This document shows, one piece after another, positions 53,880 to 62,830 of a stretch of DNA of 64,000 bases (position 1 is its first letter; each line of letters begins with the position of its first letter). This DNA is from Gammaproteobacteria bacterium. GTDB taxonomy: Bacteria > Pseudomonadota > Gammaproteobacteria > Steroidobacterales > Rariloculaceae. The stretch spans positions 9,504-73,503 of the forward strand of contig DATBLZ010000081.1 of the NCBI GenBank assembly GCA_036555065.1, given 5' to 3'. A program made the position numbers and the translations under genes. The notes under the pieces are model-generated. The model made no database searches and was not told the origin of the DNA. It worked only from the letters and a program-made list of their open reading frames with translations.

Positions 53880-55639
53880 TGTTCGCCCGCGGCCGCGACC
53901 GGAACTGGGCCTGGATCGCCGCGTTCGTCGGCGCGTACGCGCTCGTCGCCGTGTTCGTCGGCAATTCTTACTACCAGCTCATCATGACGGTCGTGCTCGT
54001 TTGGGCCGTCATGGGTCTCGCCTGGAACCTGCTGAGCGGCTATAGCGGCCTCGTCTCGTTCGGCCACGCCGCGTTCTTCGGGCTCGGCGCGTACTTCGTC
54101 GTGCTCGCGCAGATCGAGTGGCAACTGAGCCCCTGGCTCGGCATCCCGGCCGCAAGCATTCTCGGTGGCATCGCGGGACTCGTCGTCGGCCTGCCGACGT
54201 TTCGCCTGCGCGGACACTATTTCGCGCTCGCGATGCTCGCCTATCCCCTCGCCCTCCTCTATGTGTTCGAGTGGCTCGGCTATCAAGAGGTCGCGGTGCC
54301 GATGATGCGCGCGTCACCGACCGCGTATCTGCAGTTCGCCGACGGGCGCATTTATATATTCGTGGCGCTCGCGCTCACGCTCGGCGCCATGGTGCTGACG
54401 CGCGTGCTCGAGCGCTCCCGCTACGGAATGGCGCTGCTCGCGATCAAACAGGACGAAATCGCCGCCGAGGCAGCCGGCATCGATACGCTGGCATGGAAGC
54501 TCCGCGCGATCACGTTGAGCGGCGCGCTCGCTGCGGCGATCGGCGGCTTCTACGCCGTCGTGCAGCTCGTCGTGACGCCGCTGTCGGTGTTCGGCGTGCT
54601 CGTGTCCGCACAAGCGCTCATCGTTGCGATGTTCGGCGGCGTCGGCACGGTCTGGGGGCCGATCATCGGCGCGCTCACGCTCGTGCCCTTGAGCGCGTTC
54701 CTCGATGCGAAGCTCGCCGAGGTCCTGCCGGGCATTCAGGGCGTCGTCTACGGCGTTGCGATCATCGCCGTCGTCATGCTCGCGCCCGAAGGCGTGTTCT
54801 GGAAAGTTCGCGACCTCGTGGCCGGACGCGGCATGTCCGCGCGCGCGAATTACACGCCGCCTGGAACCGCCCCGCCCATCGATTTCGCGCCGCGGCCCGC
54901 ACGCGATGGCGCACCGATCCTCGCGGTCCGCGGTCTCGCGAAATCCTTCGGCGGCCTCAAAGCCGTGGACGATGTCTCGCTCGACGTGCGGCGCGGCGAG
55001 ATCCTCGGCATCATCGGGCCGAACGGCGCCGGCAAAACGACGCTGTTCAACCTCTTGAACGGCTTCATCGCTGCGGACGCGGGCTCGATCACGCTCGAGG
55101 GCATGGATATCACGCGCCGGCGGCCCAGCACGCGCTGCCGCCTCGGCATCGGACGCACGTTTCAGGTCGTAAAGCCGTTCCGCCGCATGTCGATCGCCGA
55201 CAACGTCATCGTCGGCGCGCTTGCGCACACGCGCACGGATGCCGAGGCACGCGCGCTCGCGCACGCTGCGCTCGTCGAGCTCGGGATTAGCCAGGACTCG
55301 CATCTGCCGGCCGGCGAGATCACGAACAAAGAGCTGCGTCTCATGGAGCTTGCGCGCGCGCTCGCGTCGCGCCCGAAGCTGCTGCTGCTCGACGAGATCT
55401 TCGCCGGCTTGAGCGCGGCCGAGATCGAGGAGCTCATGGCGCCGATTCGTAGGCTCTGCGCAGCGGGCCTTACGATCGTCATCATCGAGCACACGATGCA
55501 AGCGATGGTCCAGCTCGTCGACCGGTTCGTCGTGCTCGACCACGGCGCCGTGCTCGCCGCGGGGTCGCCGGACGAGATCACGCGCAACCCCGCGGTCATC
55601 GAGGCCTACCTCGGCAAGAAGTGGCTCACGCATGGCTGA
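53879..55639 (+). CDS. Fused LivM-type permease and LivG-type ATPase
   Basis: N-terminal ~330 aa is a permease (LLSGYSGLVSFGHAAFFGLGAY). The C-terminal half is an ABC ATPase (GPNGAGKTTLFN, LLLLDEIFAGL, IIEHTM). One uninterrupted 586-aa frame. Confidence 0.8.
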   Translation: MFARGRDRNWAWIAAFVGAYALVAVFVGNSYYQLIMTVVLVWAVMGLAWNLLSGYSGLVSFGHAAFFGLGAYFVVLAQIEWQLSPWLGIPAASILGGIAGLVVGLPTFRLRGHYFALAMLAYPLALLYVFEWLGYQEVAVPMMRASPTAYLQFADGRIYIFVALALTLGAMVLTRVLERSRYGMALLAIKQDEIAAEAAGIDTLAWKLRAITLSGALAAAIGGFYAVVQLVVTPLSVFGVLVSAQALIVAMFGGVGTVWGPIIGALTLVPLSAFLDAKLAEVLPGIQGVVYGVAIIAVVMLAPEGVFWKVRDLVAGRGMSARANYTPPGTAPPIDFAPRPARDGAPILAVRGLAKSFGGLKAVDDVSLDVRRGEILGIIGPNGAGKTTLFNLLNGFIAADAGSITLEGMDITRRRPSTRCRLGIGRTFQVVKPFRRMSIADNVIVGALAHTRTDAEARALAHAALVELGISQDSHLPAGEITNKELRLMELARALASRPKLLLLDEIFAGLSAAEIEELMAPIRRLCAAGLTIVIIEHTMQAMVQLVDRFVVLDHGAVLAAGSPDEITRNPAVIEAYLGKKWLTHG

Positions 55640-56357
55640 GCAATCGCCGCTTCTCGAGATCAAGAGCCTCGATGCCGGGTACGGGGGACTGCCCGTGCTG
55701 CACGGCATTTCGCTGCGCGTCGAGCGCGCCGAGCTCGTCGTCGTCGTCGGCCCCAACGGCGCGGGGAAATCGACGCTCTTCAAAACGATTTCCGGCATCG
55801 TGACGCCGACGGCGGGCAAGATCGCTTTCGACGGCGAGAATCTGCTCGCCGTGCCGCCGCACGCGCGCGCGCACTTAGGGATCGCGCACGTGCCCGAGGG
55901 CCGCCAGGTGTTTCCGTCCCTGTCGGTCCACGAGAATCTCGAGATCGGCGCATCGACGCGCGCGGGCCGCACTGCCTGGAACGAGAATCGCGAGAAGATC
56001 TACACGCTCTTCCCGATCCTCGCCGAGCGCGGTCGACAGCTTGCGGGCACGCTGTCGGGCGGCGAGCAGCAAATGCTCGCGATCGGCCGCGGTCTCGCCT
56101 CGGCACCGAAGCTCTTGATGCTCGACGAGCCGTCGATGGGGCTTGCGCCCGCTGTCGCCGATGAGATCTTCGAGCGCATCGTCGCAATTCATCGCGACAC
56201 GCACGTGAGCGTGCTGCTCGTCGAGCAGCGCGTCGCCGAGGCTCTGCACTTCGCGACGCGAGGCTATGTATTGGAGACCGGCAAGGTTATCCTTGAAGGC
56301 GATAACAAAGCCTTGGCCGACACGGCTCGGATTCGCCGGGCGTATCTCGGAATGTAG
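55632..56357 (+). CDS. livF: Branched-chain amino acid-type ABC transporter ATP-binding protein (LivF family)
   Basis: Walker A GPNGAGKSTLF, signature LSGGEQQMLAIGRGL, Walker B LLMLDEPSMGLAP. Confidence 0.9.
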   Translation: MAEQSPLLEIKSLDAGYGGLPVLHGISLRVERAELVVVVGPNGAGKSTLFKTISGIVTPTAGKIAFDGENLLAVPPHARAHLGIAHVPEGRQVFPSLSVHENLEIGASTRAGRTAWNENREKIYTLFPILAERGRQLAGTLSGGEQQMLAIGRGLASAPKLLMLDEPSMGLAPAVADEIFERIVAIHRDTHVSVLLVEQRVAEALHFATRGYVLETGKVILEGDNKALADTARIRRAYLGM

Positions 56358-56367
56358 GGAGCAAGCA

Positions 56368-57603
56368 ATGCGCGGCGCGCGACCCATCACCGCCCGCCTC
56401 CGGTTCGCTTTGGCGGTGCTGCTCGCGGCGTTCGCCTCGACCGCGGCGGCGCAGGATCCCGTCAAGATCGCCTTGATCGTGCCATTGTCGGGTGCGTGGG
56501 CCAGACCCGGCCAAGTCATGCGCAGCGCCGCCGAGATGGCCGTCGAGCACATCAACGCGCAGGGCGGCATTGCCGCGCTCGGCGGCGCAGAGCTTAAGCT
56601 CGTCGTGTTCGACGCCGGCGACAGCGTCGAGCGCGCGAAAAATGCCGCGCAACGCATGGTCGCCGAGCACCCGGACCTCGCCGGCGCCACGGGCGCTTAC
56701 TTGAGCTCGTTCACGCTCGCGGTATCGGAGGTCACCGAGCGCGCGGAGCTGCCGCTCGTCACCTTGTCGTACTCCGATCTCATCACGAGCCGCGGATTCC
56801 GTTACATCTTCCAGACGTCGGCGACGGGCGACCGCCAAGCAACGAGCGCGTTGCCGATCCTCATGGCGCTCGGGGCCGCCGCGGGCGCCGCGCGACCCAC
56901 GCGCCTCGGCATCGTCATGGACAGCACGGCGGCCTCGGTCGCGTTCGTCAAGCCGATCAAGGAAGGCAACGTGCTCGCGGACCTCGGCCTTACGCTCGTC
57001 GTCGACGAGACCTTCACGCCGCCGCTCGCGAATGCGACGCCGTTGATCCAGCGCGTGCGCGCCGCGCGTCCCGACCTGCTGCTGCTCCTGCCGACGGCGA
57101 TCTCCGACTCGAAGCTGCTGCTCGAGAAGATGAACGAGTTCGGGCTTGGGCAGGGTCGGTTGCCGACGGTCTCGAACGGCGCGGCGATGGGCGAGCCGGA
57201 CTTGCGCGCCAACATGAGCGCCGAGCAGCTCGAAGGCGTCATGTCGATCGTCGCCAACTGGAACGTCAAAGGCGAGGAAGCCCTGAGCACGGAGTTCATG
57301 GCCCGCAGCGGCGAGCCGTGGCTCACGCAAAATCCGATCTGCGCCTACGGCCACGTCTGGATCCTCAAGACCGCGCTCGAGGCGGCGGGCTCCGCCGACC
57401 GCAACGCCGTCGCGCAAGCCATTCGCGAAATGGACGTCACCGACGGACCGGCCCGGTACTTCCCCGGCGGACGCGTCCGTTTCGACGAGCACGGCCGGCG
57501 CATCGACGCAAGCTTGCTCGTCATCCAGTGGCAAAACGGCGAAGCGAAGACCGTCTATCCCGCGGAAGCGGCGCTCGCAACCCCGATTTGGCCGACGCGC
57601 TGA
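56368..57603 (+). CDS. Periplasmic substrate-binding protein of the Liv-type ABC transporter (type I PBP)
   Basis: The in-frame ATG at 56368 gives a signal peptide ...AAFASTAAAQDPVKIALIVPLSGAW, typical of the Leu/Ile/Val-binding family. Confidence 0.8.
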   Translation: MRGARPITARLRFALAVLLAAFASTAAAQDPVKIALIVPLSGAWARPGQVMRSAAEMAVEHINAQGGIAALGGAELKLVVFDAGDSVERAKNAAQRMVAEHPDLAGATGAYLSSFTLAVSEVTERAELPLVTLSYSDLITSRGFRYIFQTSATGDRQATSALPILMALGAAAGAARPTRLGIVMDSTAASVAFVKPIKEGNVLADLGLTLVVDETFTPPLANATPLIQRVRAARPDLLLLLPTAISDSKLLLEKMNEFGLGQGRLPTVSNGAAMGEPDLRANMSAEQLEGVMSIVANWNVKGEEALSTEFMARSGEPWLTQNPICAYGHVWILKTALEAAGSADRNAVAQAIREMDVTDGPARYFPGGRVRFDEHGRRIDASLLVIQWQNGEAKTVYPAEAALATPIWPTR

Positions 57604-57638
57604 TTCCGCTTCGTTTTTACCTCCAAGGAGAATAGAGA

Positions 57639-58034
57639 ATGAATGATGAGCTGTTCCAAAAAGGCCTCGCGATTCGCAAATCCGTGCTCGGCGCCGAATT
57701 CGTCGAGAAAGCGATCGCTTCGGCGGATGATTTCAACATGCCGCTCCAGCGTCTCGTGACCGAGTACTGTTGGGGCGCGTGCTGGGGACGCGAGGGCCTG
57801 CCGAAGAAGATCAGAAGCCTCCTCAATATCGCGATGATCAGCTGCTTGAATCGCAATCATGAGCTCAAGCTCCACGTCAAAGGCGCGATTCGCAACGGCT
57901 GCACGAAGGACGAGATTCGCGAGGTTCTGCTGCAGGTTGCGATCTATGGCGGCGTCCCCGCGGCCGTCGATTCCTTCCGCGTCGCGAAGGAAGCGCTCGG
58001 CGAGCTCGAAAAGGAACAGCCGCGCCGTGCGTAG
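57639..58034 (+). CDS. Carboxymuconolactone decarboxylase-family (AhpD-like/PcaC-like) protein
   Basis: 131 aa. ...ELKLHVKGAIRNGCTKDEIREVLLQVAIYGGVPAA matches the CMD family core. Confidence 0.75.
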   Translation: MNDELFQKGLAIRKSVLGAEFVEKAIASADDFNMPLQRLVTEYCWGACWGREGLPKKIRSLLNIAMISCLNRNHELKLHVKGAIRNGCTKDEIREVLLQVAIYGGVPAAVDSFRVAKEALGELEKEQPRRA

Positions 58035-59505
58035 ATATCAGATGCTCATCGGAGGCGAGCGCGTCGACGCCCTGTCCGGCGAGCATTTCGAGTCGTTCAA
58101 CCCGTTCACGGGCAAGCCTTGGGCGCTGATTCCACGCGGCACGGCGGCCGACGTCGACCGCGCCGTCGCGGCGGCGCGCGCCGCATTCCACGATCCGGCG
58201 TGGCGGAGCCTCACGGCCACGCAGCGCGGCGTGCTGCTCCACCGGCTCGGCGATCTCGTTGCGGCCCATGCCGATGAGCTCGCCGAGCTCGAGACGCGCG
58301 ACAACGGCAAGCTTATCAACGAGATGAGCGCGCAGCTCCACTATTTGCCGCAGTGGTTTCACTACTTCGGCGGGCTCGCCGACAAGATCGAGGGCCGCGT
58401 GATTCCGATCGACCGGCCCGGAATGTTCAACTTCACGCTCGAGGAGCCGCTCGGTGTCGTTGCCGCGATCACGCCCTGGAACTCGCCGCTGATGCTCGGC
58501 GGCTGGAAGTTGGCGCCCGCGCTCGCGGCCGGAAACACGTTCGTCTGGAAACCGTCGGAGCACTCCTCGGTCTCGGCGCTCGAGCTCGCCAAGCTCTTCG
58601 CCGAGGCGGGCCTCCCGCCCGGCGTCGTCAACGTCGTCACGGGTTTCGGCCACGAGATCGGCGATGCGCTCGTCGGTCACAAGCACGTCGCCAAGGTCGC
58701 GTTCACGGGCGGCGACGCCACCGGCGCCCGCGTCTATGCGACGGCGGCGCGCGAGATCAAGCCCGTGACGCTCGAGCTCGGCGGCAAATCGGCCAACATC
58801 GTGTTTGCCGATGCCGATTTCGACAGCGCGCTCAAGGGCGTCGTCTCGGGCATCTTTGCCGCCACCGGCCAGACCTGCGTCGCGGGCTCGCGGGCGCTCA
58901 TTCAGCGCTCCATCTGCGACGAGTTCGTGGAGCGTTTCGTTGCGTTCGCGCGCACGGCGAAGATGGGCGACCCGTTGAACCGGGCGACACAGGTGGGCCC
59001 GATCACGACGCGCGCTCAATACCAAAAGGTGCTCGACTACATCGAAATCGCGAAACGCGAAGGTGCGCGTTGCGTGCTCGGCGGCGGCCCGGCCAAGCGC
59101 CCCGAATGCGGCGACGGTTGGTTCGTCGAGCCGACCGTGTTCGTCGACGTCAAGCCCGACATGCGCATCGCGCAGGAGGAGGTCTTCGGCCCCGTGCTCG
59201 GCATCATCCCGTTCGACGACGACGAGGAGGCGATCGCGATCGCCAATAACTCGCTTTACGGCCTCGCTGCCGGCGTCTGGACGAAGGATATCGGCCGCTG
59301 CCTCAAGATGGCCAAGCGCATCGAGGCCGGCACCGTTTGGATCAACACCTATCGAGTCAGCAGCTACCTGTCGCCGTTCGGCGGCTACAAGCGCTCCGGG
59401 TTCGGCCGCGAAAGCGGCCTATTCGCCATTCGCGAATATCTGCAGGAAAAGAGCGTCTGGATCGATACGAGCGGTCAAACACCAAATCCATTCATCACGC
59501 GCTAA
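58027..59505 (+). CDS. NAD(P)-dependent aldehyde dehydrogenase
   Basis: ELGGKSANIVFADAD and catalytic Cys context GQTCVAGSR, plus FTGGDATG. The start is either the GTG at 58027 (overlapping the CMD stop) or the ATG at 58042. Confidence 0.85.
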   Translation: MRRYQMLIGGERVDALSGEHFESFNPFTGKPWALIPRGTAADVDRAVAAARAAFHDPAWRSLTATQRGVLLHRLGDLVAAHADELAELETRDNGKLINEMSAQLHYLPQWFHYFGGLADKIEGRVIPIDRPGMFNFTLEEPLGVVAAITPWNSPLMLGGWKLAPALAAGNTFVWKPSEHSSVSALELAKLFAEAGLPPGVVNVVTGFGHEIGDALVGHKHVAKVAFTGGDATGARVYATAAREIKPVTLELGGKSANIVFADADFDSALKGVVSGIFAATGQTCVAGSRALIQRSICDEFVERFVAFARTAKMGDPLNRATQVGPITTRAQYQKVLDYIEIAKREGARCVLGGGPAKRPECGDGWFVEPTVFVDVKPDMRIAQEEVFGPVLGIIPFDDDEEAIAIANNSLYGLAAGVWTKDIGRCLKMAKRIEAGTVWINTYRVSSYLSPFGGYKRSGFGRESGLFAIREYLQEKSVWIDTSGQTPNPFITR

Positions 59506-59515
59506 GAGCGAAACG

Positions 59516-60316
59516 ATGAGCAAAAAGAGCTACGCGATCTATGCAATCAAGTACGCCGAGGTCGCGCGCAAAGCGCACGCGAACTTCATCGACGGCGATC
59601 CTCATGAGAACGGCGACATGCCGCTCAACTACTACGTGTGGGCGATCGTCGGGCGCGGCCGCACGGTCGTCGTCGATACCGGGTTTAACCGAAAGATGGG
59701 AAAGAAACGCGGCAGAACCGTGACAAAACCCGTCGAGGAAGGCTTGCGCGCGATCGGCGCCGAGGCGAAAGACGTCGCCGATGTCGTCATCACGCACATG
59801 CACTACGATCATTGCGGCAACGACGATCTCTTCGCCGGAGCGCGCTACCATCTGCAGGATCTCGAGATGGAGTACGCGACCGGGCGCTGCATGTGTCATC
59901 GCGAAATGAGCCGAGCGTTCGAGGCCGCCGACGTCGCGCGCATGGTGCATCGTGTCTTCGACGGCCGCGTTCAGTTCCACTCCGGTGTCGACGAGATCGC
60001 GCCCGGAATCACGGTCCACCATATCGGCGGACACACGAAAGGCTTACAGTGCGTGCGCGTCGAGACCGAGCGCGGCGCCGTCGTGCTCGCCTCCGATGCG
60101 AGCCATTTCTATGCGCACATGGAGCAGAACCGCGCGTTTCCGATTCTCTACAATCTCGGCGACCTGCTCGAGGGCTACCGAACGCTGCGCAAGCTCGCGA
60201 GCTCGGATCGGCACATCATTCCGGGGCACGACCCGCTCGTGATCGCGCGCTACCCCGCGGCGAGCCGCGCGACGACAGGGTGGATCGCGCGCGTCGACGC
60301 CGACCCGCGCGCCTAG
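59516..60316 (+). CDS. Metallo-beta-lactamase-fold hydrolase (N-acyl-homoserine-lactonase-like family)
   Basis: The in-frame ATG at 59516 gives 266 aa. HxHxDH motif THMHYDHCGN and later HIGGHTKG. Confidence 0.75.
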   Translation: MSKKSYAIYAIKYAEVARKAHANFIDGDPHENGDMPLNYYVWAIVGRGRTVVVDTGFNRKMGKKRGRTVTKPVEEGLRAIGAEAKDVADVVITHMHYDHCGNDDLFAGARYHLQDLEMEYATGRCMCHREMSRAFEAADVARMVHRVFDGRVQFHSGVDEIAPGITVHHIGGHTKGLQCVRVETERGAVVLASDASHFYAHMEQNRAFPILYNLGDLLEGYRTLRKLASSDRHIIPGHDPLVIARYPAASRATTGWIARVDADPRA

Positions 60317-61092
60317 GTCGCCTGCTGAACGAGATTCGGCTCGTAGGCGGCCGCGAGCCGCTCGTCGATCTCGCGCCACAGGGATCGATAGATGTCGGCC
60401 GCAGGGCTGCGCGGGGCGAAAATCTCGACGGGTGCGCGGCGCACCGCGACCTGCTCGAACGCCGTGTTGTACGGCACTTCGGTTTGCAGAATGAACGGGA
60501 ACTCCGCACGCAGCTGCTCGGCCGTCTCCTTGTGAAGCTTCCTGCGCCGATCGATCATCGAGAAAAACGGCAACAACTGGAGATCGTGCCACTGCCGCAC
60601 CTCGATGAAATCGACGAGCTGGCGCAGGGTGCGCACGGAAAGCGGCGACGGCGCGAGCGGCACGATCAGCGCATCGGCGGCGTGCAGTATGTTCTCGGCG
60701 ATGACCGAGATGCCCGGCGCACAATCGAGCACCAAGCACGCGTGCGTGCGATGCAGCGGTACCATGAGCTTCAACAACTGCTTCGCGGGATTGCGCTTCT
60801 GCCCAAACCGCTCGTCGAAGTGCCGGTACGAGAAATCCGATGGCAATAAGTCGAGATTCGGATAGTCGGTCTCTTTGATGAGATCCGACGTCGACGCGTC
60901 ACCGCGCATGAGGTCCTTGACGCGGGCTTTGATCTTCGCGCGACGGCGCAAGATGTACGTCGACGCCGCTTGTGGGTCGAGATCCCAGAGCAACGTTCTC
61001 CAGCCCTCGGCCGCGGAGCGGTATGCGAGGTTTACGGCCGTCGTGGTCTTACCGACGCCGCCCTTGATGTTGTAGACGCCCAGGATTTCCAT
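60313..61092 (-). CDS. Orphan ParA/MinD-family P-loop ATPase
   Basis: The ATG at 61092 gives MEILGVYNIKGGVGKTTTAVNL (deviant Walker A), then LVLDCAPG. The track start at 61137 is a TTG extension. Confidence 0.8.
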   Translation of the reverse strand: MEILGVYNIKGGVGKTTTAVNLAYRSAAEGWRTLLWDLDPQAASTYILRRRAKIKARVKDLMRGDASTSDLIKETDYPNLDLLPSDFSYRHFDERFGQKRNPAKQLLKLMVPLHRTHACLVLDCAPGISVIAENILHAADALIVPLAPSPLSVRTLRQLVDFIEVRQWHDLQLLPFFSMIDRRRKLHKETAEQLRAEFPFILQTEVPYNTAFEQVAVRRAPVEIFAPRSPAADIYRSLWREIDERLAAAYEPNLVQQAT

Positions 61093-61110
61093 TTCTTTTG
61101 AATTATTAGT

Positions 61111-61129
61111 GTCACATTGATATGGTGAC
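61111..61129. promoter_or_regulatory. Inverted repeat in the AT-rich divergent promoter between the ParA-like and CHAD genes
   Basis: GTCAC-ATTGATATG-GTGAC sits within the unusually AT-rich stretch at about 61092-61135. Confidence 0.35.
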
Positions 61130-62042
61130 CCATTCAATGGCCTCAGAACAACGCTATGCGGACGGCCTCACGCCCGCCGATCCCCTGCTCGCGCTTGCAG
61201 GCAACATCTTCAAATGCGAAGCCGCGTCTCTGCGCGAGCACCTTCGGCCGCAGACGGGCATTCCGGATCCCGAGGAGATTCATCAGGCGCGCATCGCCGT
61301 GCGCCGTATTCGCGTAGCGCTGCGCGCGTTCCGCGGCTTCATGCCCGCGCATGCGGGAGAGTTTCGTCCGGAGTTTCGTTGGCTTGGGCAGGTGCTCGGC
61401 GAAGCCCGCGACCTCGACGTGTACGCCGAAAGTCTCAAGGCAAGCGGCGCAGGCACGGCCGCCATCCGCGCCAAGATCGAAAAGGGTCTCGAGCGAGCGC
61501 GTGCCGAGGCATACGATCACTTGCGCTCGCTGCTTTCCTCGGACCGTTTCGCGAAGCTCACGAGGAAATTCGCGGACTTCGTCGAGACCGAGCCCCCACG
61601 GGGAGTGCAGCGGCGCTGGCGGTCGCTGCGGATTCGCGACGCCGTGCGCGGCGACTTGCGCGAAAGCCTCAAGCGCGTGCTCAAGCTCGGCCGAAAAGTA
61701 GACAACGATTCGCCGCCCGAGAAGCTCCACAAGCTGCGTATTCGCGCGAAGCGCCTGCGCTACGAATCGGAATTTTACATGGACCTCTACCCGGAGCTCC
61801 GCGATCTTACGAAGGGCACGAAGCAACTGCAGGATCTGCTCGGCTCATACCGTGATGCCTGCAATGCGGCGGACCGCTTGCGCGCGTTCGCGCGCCGTTC
61901 CAAAAGCTCGCCGGCCACTAAAGCCGCGATCGCGCCGCTGATTCGTGCGCAGAACGAGAGCGCGGCCGAGATTCGGCGGCGTTTCCCCGCGGCGTGGCGG
62001 CGGTTCGAGAAAGTCGCCGACCGAGCGAAGCTCGATCGTTGA
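61122..62042 (+). CDS. CHAD domain-containing protein (stand-alone)
   Basis: CHAD helical signatures IHQARIAVRRIRVALRAF and LHKLRIRAKRLRYESEF. The start could be the ATG at 61137. Confidence 0.8.
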   Translation: MVTHSMASEQRYADGLTPADPLLALAGNIFKCEAASLREHLRPQTGIPDPEEIHQARIAVRRIRVALRAFRGFMPAHAGEFRPEFRWLGQVLGEARDLDVYAESLKASGAGTAAIRAKIEKGLERARAEAYDHLRSLLSSDRFAKLTRKFADFVETEPPRGVQRRWRSLRIRDAVRGDLRESLKRVLKLGRKVDNDSPPEKLHKLRIRAKRLRYESEFYMDLYPELRDLTKGTKQLQDLLGSYRDACNAADRLRAFARRSKSSPATKAAIAPLIRAQNESAAEIRRRFPAAWRRFEKVADRAKLDR

Positions 62043-62047
62043 GCTCG

Positions 62048-62830
62048 ATGCACAAACGCAGCCTCGTCGCGCTCAGCGCCGCCATCGCGATTCTAGCGGC
62101 GCTCCTTGCGTGGACCTTCGTCGGCGATTTCGGTGCCCGCGCAACGCGCACGGTGCGCGTCGTTGCCGCATTTCCGCACGATCCTAAGGCGTTCACGCAA
62201 GGGCTCGTCGTCCACGACGGCAGACTCCTCGAAAGCACCGGGCAGTACGGCGCTTCTTCGTTGCGCCGCGTCGATATTCGAACGGGCCGCGTCGAGAACC
62301 TGCTGCCGATCGATGCCATGTACTTCGCCGAAGGCATCGCCGTGCTCGACGACCGCGTCTATCAACTCACCTGGCAGAACGGCATCGGCTTCGTCTACGA
62401 CGCGAAAACGTTCGCCGTCGAACGCACGTTTCGTTACACGGGCGAGGGTTGGGGCCTGACGACCGACGGCACGCACCTGATTCTCAGCGACGGCACGTCG
62501 GCATTGCGTTTTCTCGATCCGCAGAACTTTTCGGTCGTGCGCCAAGTGACCGTGACCGACGCCGAGATTCCCGTCGTCCGTATCAACGAGCTCGAATACG
62601 TCGAGGGGGAGATCTGGGCCAACATCTGGTACTCGGACCGAATCGCGCGCATCGCGCCGGGCTCGGGCGAAGTCGTGGGCTGGATCGACTTGAGCACGCT
62701 CTACCCGCGCGCCGGGCGTCCCGACAACGATGTCCTCAACGGCATCGCATACACCCCTGCCGAGCAACGCCTCTTCGTGACCGGCAAGAACTGGCCGCAG
62801 CTCTTCGAGCTCGCGATCGACGGCCTGTAG
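62048..62830 (+). CDS. Glutaminyl-peptide cyclotransferase (bacterial/plant beta-propeller type), membrane-anchored or exported
   Basis: The in-frame ATG at 62048. FTQGLVVHDGRLLESTGQYGASSLRRVD and EGWGLTTDG are motifs of this family. Confidence 0.8.
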   Translation: MHKRSLVALSAAIAILAALLAWTFVGDFGARATRTVRVVAAFPHDPKAFTQGLVVHDGRLLESTGQYGASSLRRVDIRTGRVENLLPIDAMYFAEGIAVLDDRVYQLTWQNGIGFVYDAKTFAVERTFRYTGEGWGLTTDGTHLILSDGTSALRFLDPQNFSVVRQVTVTDAEIPVVRINELEYVEGEIWANIWYSDRIARIAPGSGEVVGWIDLSTLYPRAGRPDNDVLNGIAYTPAEQRLFVTGKNWPQLFELAIDGL

